A stretch of 64,000 bases of DNA from Octopus vulgaris. Lineage: Eukaryota. The position numbers and the translations under genes were made by a program. Where the stretch lies: contig OX597837.1 in NCBI GenBank assembly GCA_951406725.2, positions 6,076,001 through 6,140,000 on the forward strand, in the 5' to 3' direction. Below the pieces are notes generated by a model. It saw only the letters and a program-made list of their open reading frames with translations. It was not told the DNA's origin and did not search any database. The first letter of the stretch is position 1, and every line of letters starts with the position of its first letter. Shown here in pieces: positions 54,057 to 64,000 of the stretch.

Positions 54057-54470
54057 CGACGGGATTCTTTCAGTTTCCGCGTACCAAATCCACTCACAAT
54101 GTTTTGGTCTTGTGAATCGCTAAGTTACGAGGACATAAACACACCAGCATCGGTTGTCAAGCGATGTTGGGGGTACAAACACAGATATACAAGATATACA
54201 CACACACATAAATATATATATGCATATATACGACGGGCCTCTTTCAGTTTCCGTCTACTAAATCCACTCACAAGGCTTTGGTCGGCCCGAGGCTATAGTA
54301 GAAGACACTTGCCCAAGGTGCCACGCAGTGGGACTGAACCCGGTTCGGCAAAAGAGACCGATAGAATACGTACTAGACTTATAAAAAATAAGTCCTTTGG
54401 TCGATTTACTCGACTAAAGGTGGTGCTCCAGCAAGGCCACAGTCACATGACTAAAACAAATAAAAGAGTA
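53078..54470. mobile_element. Cluster of family A SINEs (three minus copies, then an abutting plus-strand 3' half)
   Basis: 53078-53536, 53763-54110 and 54115-54340 (-); 54340-54470 (+). Confidence 0.85.
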
Positions 54471-55096
54471 TTTGTCGACGATTTGCCTGTTCTTAAGATC
54501 TGATCTTAAGCTCAAATTCCACCGAGGTCAACATTGTCTTTCATGATATCGGGTCCGACAAAATAAACATTAAAGAAATCACGTTATCAGTCGACTCGCG
54601 AGATCGATCTTTAACTGTAACCCTTCAGCCACAAATCAAATCCATGTGGGGCAAGGTGTATGTCAAAAGTCATTTATATTCAGACAGCTTTTGATAACAA
54701 AACGAGAAATTAAAAAAATTAGTTGATTTGGAGAAAAAATGTAAAAATCAACAAACAATGGTGTCAATACTAATTATAATTAATTTTAAAGAAATAACAC
54801 GAAAAATGAACAGAAACTAAAATAAATCATCAGAAGAAAATTAAAATATAAATATTTATTTTTGTTTCATATTTTTCTCTTCTTTCCCAAACAATTTTCT
54901 CCGTACAGAAATTTTGATAATCAAATTATCTGAGATAAAATTTTGGTGAGAGGAATTCCACGACTAAAATAATGTGGTGGATCTGATTTTGGTTTGTATT
55001 ATTTTTTCCTTTTCATTATTTTTCTTTTTAATTAATTTTCTGTGTTTTGAAGTTCCTTGTTTGTGTGTGTATACACACACATATATAAATACATAC

Positions 55097-55228
<132 letters not shown>

Positions 55229-55440
55229 CATTCACTCTCAGCGTTCTGTTTAGAATATTTGACACTTTTCGGTTAAAAAAAAGACGAATAAAAATCAATT
55301 AATGATGATAATAATGATGTTAATCATCATTATCATCATCTTTATTATCATTATCATTATCATCATCGTAAATTGTAAATTTTTAAAAATCATTCTTCAG
55401 ATTGGTTCTAAGCTATATTTTTGTAATGCGGCAACTGCTG

Positions 55441-55500
<60 letters not shown>

Positions 55501-55512
55501 TTACAACTGCTA

Positions 55513-55578
55513 CTACACCAGCATCGGTTGTCAAGCGATGTTGTGAGGACACACACACACAGACATATATACACACAT

Positions 55579-55625
<47 letters not shown>

Positions 55626-55790
55626 CGACGGGCTTCTTTCAGTTTCCGTCTACCAAATTCACTCACAAGGCTTTGGTCGGCCCGAAACTATAGTAGAAGA
55701 CACTTGCCCAAGGTGCCACGCAGTGGGACTGAACCCGGAACCATGCGGTTGGTAAGCAAGCTAATTTCCACACAGCCACTCCTGCGCCTA
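55513..55790 (-). mobile_element. SINE family A 5' portion
   Basis: Homology to the reference copy. Confidence 0.85.
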
Positions 55791-55849
55791 TATGTAGTAG
55801 AAAGAAATTAAATAGCTATCTTATTAAGGCTGACCTGGTGTTAAATTAC

Positions 55850-56412
55850 CGGTGCTCTGTCGGTAACAATGACAAGCATTCCAGAGAATTCGATCAACGT
55901 AACAGCTGTTCGTGAAATTAACGTACGGGTGGCTGAGCCCTCCACAGACACGTGTACCCTTAACGTAGTTCTCAGGGAAATTCAGCGTGCTACAGAATAT
56001 GACAAGACTGGCTCTTTTAATTACAGGCCATGGGCCTATATTAGAGAGAATTTATTTACCCAACTTATCAGCGCTGACTTGGGGGTTAAATGACTGTTTC
56101 TTCTTCGCTTATGACGACAAAAGTGCCAGTTGATCCGATCACAGTAACCGCTGTTAGGTGAAATTAACTTGCAAGTGACTGAGCACTCCACGGCCATATG
56201 TACCCCCAGGGAGAATCGGGGTGACACAATGGGATAAAATTGGCCCTTTCAATTGCAGGTACAACTCCTTTTTGCCAGCTGATTATAACGTAGCAACATG
56301 AAAAGAAATATTTTGCTCAAAAAAAAACCCCCACAACGCAGCACCGTGAATCGAACTGACGACCTTACGATCGCGAATCGTGTGCCCTAATCACTTAGCC
56401 AACGCGCCTTCA
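55850..56412 (-). mobile_element. Two family E SINE units
   Basis: Homologous to 35975-36300; tRNA head at 56340-56412. Confidence 0.7.
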
Positions 56413-56427
56413 CTTATGAATTAAATA

Positions 56428-58678
56428 TATTTCTTTACTGCCCACAAGGGGCTAAGCATAGAGGGGACAAACAAGGACAGACAAATGGATTAAGTCGATT
56501 ATATCGACCCCAGTGCGAAACTGGTATTTATTTATCGACCTCGAAAGAATGAAAGGCAAAGTCGACCTTGGCGGAATTTGAACTCACAACGTAACGACAG
56601 ACGAAATACCTATTTCGTTATTACCCACAAGGGGCTAAACATAGAGGGGACAAACAAGGACAGACATAGGTATTAAGTCGATTAAACGCCCCCAGTGCGT
56701 AACTGGTACTTAATTAATCGACCCTGAAAGGATGAAAGGCAAAGTCGACCTCGGCGGAATTTGAACTCACAACGTAACGACAGACGAAATACCTATTTCT
56801 TTACTACCCACAAGGGGCTAAACATAGAGAGGACAAACAAGGACAGACATAGGTATTAAGTCGATTAAACGCCCCCAGTGCGTAACTGGTACTTAATTAA
56901 TCGACCCTGAAAGGATGAAAGGCAAAGTCGACCTCGGCGGAATTTGAACTCACAACGTAACGACAGACGAAATACCTATTTCTTTACTACCCACAAGGGG
57001 CTAAACATAGAGGGGACAAACAAGGACAGACATAGGTATTAAGTCGATTAAACGCCCCCAGTGCGTAACTGGTACTTAATTAATCGACCCTGAAAGGATG
57101 AAAGGCAAAGTCGACCTCGGCGGAATTTGAACTCAGAACGTAACGACAGACGAAATACCTATTTCGTTATTACCCACAAGGGGCTAAACAGAGAGGGGAC
57201 AAACAAGGACAGACATAGGTATTAAGTCGATTATATCGACCCCAGTGCGTAACTGGTACTTATTCAATCGACCTCAAAAGGATAAAAGGCAAAGACGACC
57301 TCGGCGGAATTTGAACTCAGAACGTAACGACAGACGAAATACCTATTTCGTTATTACCCATAAGGGGCTAAACATAGAGGGGACAAACAAGGACAGACAT
57401 GGGTATTAAGTCGATTAAATCGCCCTCAGTGCGTTACTGGTACTTAATTAATCGACCCTGAAAGGATGAAAGGCAAAGTCGACCTCGGCGGAATTTGAAC
57501 TCAGAACGTAGCGGCAGACGAAATACCTATTTCTTTACTACCCACAAGGGGCTAAACATAGAGGGGACAAACAAAGACAGACAAACGGATTAAATCGATT
57601 ACATCGACCCCAGTGCGAAACTGGTACTTTGTTTATCGACCTCGAAAGGATGAAAGGCAAAATCGACCTCGGCGGAATTTGAACTCAGAACGTAACGACA
57701 GACGAAATACCTATTTCGTTATTACCCATAAGGGGCTAAACATAGAGGGGACAAACAAGGACAGACATGGGTATTAAGTCGATTAAATCGCCCTCAGTGC
57801 GTTACTGGTACTTAATTAATCGACCCTGAAAGGATGAAAGGCAAAGTCGACCTCGGCGGAATTTGAACTCAGAACGTAGCGGCAGACGAAATACCTATTT
57901 CTTTACTACCCACAAGGGGCTAAACATAGAGGGGACAAACAAAGACAGACAAACGGATTAAATCGATTACATCGACCCCAGTGCGAAACTGGTACTTTGT
58001 TTATCGACCTCGAAAGGATGAAAGGCAAAATCGACCTCGGCGGAATTTGAACTCAGAACGTAACGACAGACGAAATACCTATTTCGTTATTACCCATAAG
58101 GGGCTAAACATAGAGGGGACAAACAAGGACAGACATGGGTATTAAGTCGATTAAATCGCCCTCAGTGCGTTACTGGTACTTAATTAATCGACCCTGAAAG
58201 GATGAAAGGCAAAGTCGACCTCGGCGGAATTTGAACTCAGAACGTAGCGGCAGACGAAATACCTATTTCTTTACTACCCACAAGGGGCTAAACATAGAGG
58301 GGACAAACAAAGACAGACAAACGGATTAAATCGATTACATCGACCCCAGTGCGAAACTGGTACTTTGTTTATCGACCTCGAAAGGATGAAAGGCAAAATC
58401 GACCTCGGCGGAATTTGAACTCAGAACGTAACGACAGACGAAATACCTATTTCGTTATTACCCACAAGGGGCTAAACATAGAGGGGACAAACAAAGACCG
58501 ACATAGGTATTAAGTCGATTAAATCGCCCCCAGTGCGTGACTGGTACTTAATTAATCGACTCTGAAAGGATGAAAGGCAAAATCGACCTCGGCGGAATTT
58601 GAACTCAGAACGTAACGACAGACGAAATACCGCTTAGCATTTCGCCCGGCGTGCTCAACGTTTCTGCCAGCTCGCCAC
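56428..58678 (-). repeat. 12-unit head-to-tail array (~184 bp) of the family B SINE within a single TSD
   Basis: 12 ccca(c/t)aagggg anchors; only the rightmost unit has the 5' head; cttatgaattaaata at 56413-56427 and 58679-58693. Confidence 0.93.
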
Positions 58679-59854
58679 CTTATGAATTAAATAACAACTA
58701 CAACAACAATTATGGTCCCTGTGCTAAATAATCTTCAAATCAATATTTACCCAGTTTTCTTAATCCGTTGGGTACACAGACGTATTTTCATAAATCAATT
58801 AGTGGAAAGAAAAGTATTTTCTTACCTATTTTTCTTCTTATTTTAATTAATCACCCATCTTATTACATTTGTAAGTGATGGGGGTAGTTGATACAGTTGC
58901 CTTTTTTTTAGCTTTTTTTAAAATTTTATTATTTAGTTTGTGGATTTCTCGCTATTTCTGAAATATTTATTCAAGTTAAAAGAGGTTGCGACAATTTTAT
59001 CTTAAAAACAAAAATTTGTTTACATTTTAACTCTTTACAAACAGAATTTTAAGGATAAAAGGAGAAAAAAAAAGCCTACAAAAATGGCGTTTGCGAGTTT
59101 GTGCATATGTATATTTTATAAATGCGTGTGTGTGTATGTGTATTTATTAATGTGTGTTGTGATTTTGAAATTCGTTATATGCTTGTGCATATTAATAACA
59201 ATTAGGTTTAATATTATTAAATTGCTAACATAAACGTGAAATCAAGGATTTTTAGAAAAAAAAACAAAAAACAAACACAAAAGTGGGAAATTGAAAAACC
59301 TCCAATCAAAGTTGGTAAACAAAAGTTCAGTCATGCAAATATTAAAATTTCTATTTTCCTCATTTAAATAATTCCAAATTTGCTGTTGCTGCTGCTACTG
59401 CTGCTGCTGCTGCTGTTGTTGTTTTCACGGCCGCCGCTGTCGTTATCGTTACCATCATCATCATCATCATCATCTTCATCATAATCATCCTCACCATCAT
59501 CATCATCATCATCATCATCATCCTCATCATCGTCGTCGTCATCGTCGTCATCATCATCATCATCATCACCATCGTTCAAAAGTTTGTTAAATGCTAATTT
59601 AGTTAGAAGGAATGTTATTCTGAAATTTGCCGACAAAATTCCAAAATACGACGGTGTTTTTCTGCATGTCGACTCCATGTCCTTAAATTCTATCCTTCAG
59701 AGAGTTTGGTAGCATTTTGGGTGTTCTGTCGAGTGTATGATGGGAGATAGACGTCAATCAGACCCCTCCTCACCAAAACAAAATCACGACGTAGATGAAG
59801 GATAAGATAAAAATCAAATGTGACATTAAATTTCCGTACCCCTAGTAAATATAC

Positions 59855-59959
59855 ATTAGCAGACGAGTATCTATCACCGAGGATGATAAAATAAAATCGA
59901 AATCACATGATATGGTGTTCTCCGAACTAGAATACTAGGAAGTTCTCTCCCTGTTTGTA

Positions 59960-59992
<33 letters not shown>

Positions 59993-60365
59993 TAAATTAG
60001 AGATAAAACCACTACTAGGTAAATCAAACAGTGAAAATCATAAGCCAATACATAGAAATAAAATTAATTAAAAAAATATATAAAAAATATAAAATATAAA
60101 ATATAAAAATCCAATTAAAATACTTAAATTAAAGTTAAAAATTTAAAAAATTATTTAAATTAATTTTTATATTTTATATTCTATATTTTTTATATATTTT
60201 TTAATTAATTTTATTTCTATGTATTGGTTTATGATTTTCATTGTTTGATTTGCCTAGTAGTGGTTTTATCTCTAATTTAATATAATATATATTTATACTA
60301 TAAAATTTGATATAATCCTAAATCTAATTTTTCCCTGTAAGTTTGGATTTACTCCCTAATATTAT

Positions 60366-60434
<69 letters not shown>

Positions 60435-60916
60435 GTGGGAAGTTTGGGTTAAACAGTATCGTCTGTTCTTACTGAAAGAACCACGTTTAGGTGGTGACAA
60501 ATATTACTTCTCAGTATAAATATTGCTTTCATCTCCAATATAGATTTTCTGAACGAGCTAGTTAGCTAGTTTCAAAACCAGTGGCTGCGTGGAATTGTTT
60601 TTCTGTATATTGCGAGAGAGGGGTAGACTAACACTATGTCTAGCTGATGAGTATCCATCACTGAGGATGATCAAATAAGATCAAAATCACGTGATATGGA
60701 GGTCTTTGAGCTAGAAGAGTAGGGAGTCCTCTCGCTGCTGCCTATATATATTGAGTGCGAAGCATACAGAGCGACCAGCAGGAGGAGGGGTCTTCCCGGG
60801 TTTAAAATAGCAGTACCAGCTGTTATGGAATAGCCACGTTTTGGTGGGCATAAACATTATTTCTCAATATAAATACTCATTACACCTCTAATAGAGATTT
60901 TCTTAACGAGCTAGTT
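59855..60916 (+). repeat. Two diverged tandem ~310-bp units with a hammerhead-like consensus (first unit split by a foldback insertion)
   Basis: 59858-59960 resembles 60641-60745; 60431-60565 resembles 60751-60916; CTGATGA in one copy and GAAA-TCAC(A/G)TGA-TA in the other. Confidence 0.6.
59984..60290. repeat. AT-rich foldback (~125-bp arms) with a one-sided extension to ~60370
   Basis: ttagagataaaaccactactagg... / ...cctagtagtggttttatctctaa; extension shares tttccctgtaagtttgga with 7030-7050. Confidence 0.85.
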
Positions 60917-61342
60917 TTACACATACACACACACACACACGTGTGCTGCAGCTGGGGGCACACTCGACTACAATAGTATTCTTATAGTATGTAATGTCGG
61001 AGGGAAGTATAACAGGATTTCTCATATCGAAGTTGCAGCCTCGTTACTCAAGCAAAGGTGGATGTCCTTTGCGTTCTGACAAACATTCCATCGACACTTT
61101 TCTATGCAATTTATTTACTAATGTATGTTTTATGTGTTTTAAATAAAAAAATATTACAACAGTTAATATGCTCAAGATAATTATATATACATCTGTGTAT
61201 GTGTGTATGTGACTGTGTATATTCATGTATGTATATATATATATATATCTATCTATCTATTCATTTATCTGTCGGTCTGTCTGTCTCTCTATTTCTATAG
61301 GTGTGTATACACATGTATGTGTATCTGTCTACATCTGTATAA

Positions 61343-61385
<43 letters not shown>

Positions 61386-61591
61386 GTATATATATATATA
61401 TGTGTATGTATGTATATATTTATGTATATACACAGATCTTAAAACAAAATACGAAAGTAATAAGAAATAATAACAATAATGATAACAATAATTATAGTAT
61501 CAACAACAATAGTAATGGAAATGATAACACTACTACAACAGAAACAACATCAACAACAACAGAAACAACAACAACTACTACTACTACTACA

Positions 61592-61625
<34 letters not shown>

Positions 61626-62267
61626 ATAATAATAATAATAATAATAATAATTAAAATAATAATAATAATAATAACAATAACAATAATAACAATAACAATA
61701 ACAATAACAATAACAATAATGATAATATTAATAATAATGATAGAAATATTGTATTTAAATTCAATTTGTGATGTGTGACGTAGATTGCACCGAGAATTAA
61801 TCTCTCTGAAACAAGAAAAACCGTTGAAATAATTGTAATCAGAAAATGACATAAATGTACACACACACATACACACATGCATAATCACATACATTCTTCA
61901 CATACACACACATACATACACATATATATACATACATATATATGTGTGTGTATATATATATATATGTGTATATATATGAATATGAAGAGGGATAGAGAAG
62001 GAAGAGAGGGAGAGAGAGCGACTTTTATCCAATCTCGTTGCAATATCAGCGAGATATTAATAATCTGTATTTTCCCCGATATTTATATTTTCTCAACAAA
62101 AGCTGGAAAACTGTCACTACAACAGAGATATTTAATTTGTCACGATAAATTTGCAGAGGTGAAAAACTTAATAGAGAAATAAAGAAACGATAATAAATTC
62201 TGGGTAATTATAATAGACTGGATATATCTACGAGCTGCGTGTGCGTGTATATGTATATATAAACACA

Positions 62268-62379
<112 letters not shown>

Positions 62380-62506
62380 TGTATTTATACATGCATGCAC
62401 GCACACGACCGCAGAAACACGTATAGGTATATCTATAAAAATATGTGCATACACATATACTTACATATGTATATATAAACACACGCATATATATATACAC
62501 ACCCAC

Positions 62507-62579
<73 letters not shown>

Positions 62580-62733
62580 GACTTACACACACATACCTCC
62601 TCTTGCATTCTCCTGTCTTTAAAAGAACTTTTCTTCACCCATTCCCTTCCGGTCATTCAAAATGTGACCGCGTGTGTACCGTTGGCGATTTTTTCCCTCC
62701 GTCTTCCCTTCTTTGGATCTTTCCTTTTCCTAT

Positions 62734-62768
62734 GTTTCTGACGAAGAGCTCTGCTCGAAACGTTAAAC
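62734..62768 (+). ncRNA. Minimal type I hammerhead motif in a Penelope-like terminal repeat (62595-62872)
   Basis: gttt-CTGACGA-A-GAGC-tct-GCTC-GAAA-CG-TT-aaac; palindromic AACGTT stem III. Confidence 0.7.
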
Positions 62769-62957
62769 CCTCCTTCTTTCCTTTTTTCCTGAGCGTCCAA
62801 TAATACTATACTTGTTCCACGTCCTTGCGTTGTTGTGTTTTCTCTTTGTGTTTTCATGTTTGGATTAACTATAAATATATATATATATATGTGTATGTGT
62901 GTGTGTGTGTGTTTATGTATGTGTATATCTGTATATGTGCATTTGTATACATACAAC

Positions 62958-63300
62958 TGGGCGCCACTGCATAGTGCCAAGGACTCCAAATTTGCCATCA
63001 AGATGTAGGACAAGGTACTGTGATAGCCTGGGCTTCAGAGGCCCACAGCTCTTCAATATCCTCCCGAAGAACCTGAGAGACCTGCATGGGGTGGATGCAG
63101 ATGTCTTTAAAATATAACTGGATATTTTCCTGTCAGGAGGTGCAGATGAGGGCAGCTGCATCGAACTCTCTCAAATGACAATTGCTAAAAAGCATTCGTG
63201 AAGTAAAATCATGTAGCAACCCCAAATGGCGGTGCTCCAGCATGGCCACAGCACGTGTGCTGAAAGTAGATAAACTAAAATAAAAAAATAAAATAAAATA
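62958..63300 (+). pseudogene. CR1-group LINE 3' end, probable partner of SINE family A
   Basis: GRHCIVP...SLGFRGPQLFNILPKNLRDLHGVDADVFKI*LDIFL; 3' UTR ggcggtgctccagcatggccacag...ctgaaa followed by (AAAAT)n. Confidence 0.8.
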
Positions 63301-64000
63301 CCTGCAATTGCTTTCGTTCCAGCACACGATCTCAGATCAGGTCACTTGCTTTTTTTTCTGTTCAGTTTTAACACTGTGGTTTGCTCTCTGTACATTATTA
63401 TTATTATTATATGGATGTACTTAATACACACTCCGAATTCCCACATCACACACACCTCTCTTCTCTCATAATGTCTGTCTAAGGAGAGATGGTACGTCTA
63501 CATATTCGTCTCTTTCCTGTACAGATAACCATTATTCTTTCTCTCGACAAGAAGATTTTCCTTCAGGTCTTCACACTGCTGTTTGCGCTACAAAATCTTA
63601 TCATTATTTGGAAAGCCTTACGTCACATCACGAGTCCTCTATCACACTACCTCTGATGTATGAGTAACGAGGGATGACACCTTTACATATCCATCACTTC
63701 TCTATACGACCAACCATTATTTCTATCTCCATTTAACTCTTCTTTGATATCAATCACTCCTTCTTACCATCGTTCATCTCTGTTATTGGTGTCTCATTCA
63801 TTTTTCGTCGCACACACACACATACACACAAACACACGCACACACAAACACACAGAAAAGCACACTCTCTCTCACACACAATCTCACTCTCACACACAAA
63901 CTCTCTCTCACACATACTCACTCTCTCTCACTCACACACACACATTCTGTCTCCCTCTCTCACACATACACACACACACAAGTACACACAAACACACTCT

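Noticed and set aside
56428-58678. CRISPR-like array
   Set aside because: Units are contiguous ~184-bp SINE copies without unique spacers; the context is eukaryotic and there are no cas genes.
56428-58678. Hammerhead ribozyme within the array unit
   Set aside because: No CUGANGA...GAAA core on either strand (closest is ctgaaagga); other ribozyme classes could not be excluded by eye.

Overview
Repeat-dominated, AT-rich animal genomic DNA. The dense (TA)n/(CA)n/(ATT)n/(GATA)n microsatellites and tRNA-derived SINE families look like a coleoid cephalopod (Octopus-like); this taxon is an inference. Almost all ORFs in the supplied track are microsatellite artefacts. One real spliced host gene can be assembled on the minus strand: four GT-AG exons (30760-30703, 26868-26779, 23754-23648, 17956-17807) encode a 134-aa RPS19BP1/AROS-like protein, and a candidate frame-shifting cassette exon lies in intron 3. 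The rest is a layered mobilome: at least five SINE families, RTE and CR1-type LINE 3' ends, Helitron ends and a Rep fragment, Tc1 and maT remnants, MITEs, and many Penelope-like fragments with minimal hammerhead-ribozyme motifs and foldback ends. Highlights: (1) a 12-mer of a tRNA-derived SINE flanked by one 15-bp TSD, with a single intact head and 11 units truncated at the same hairpin loop; (2) roughly ten independent hammerhead motifs, including a retrozyme-like ~310-bp tandem repeat; (3) a LINE/SINE pair with a covarying 3' recognition hairpin. SINE family letters A-E are local labels, and most repeat boundaries are approximate by-eye calls.
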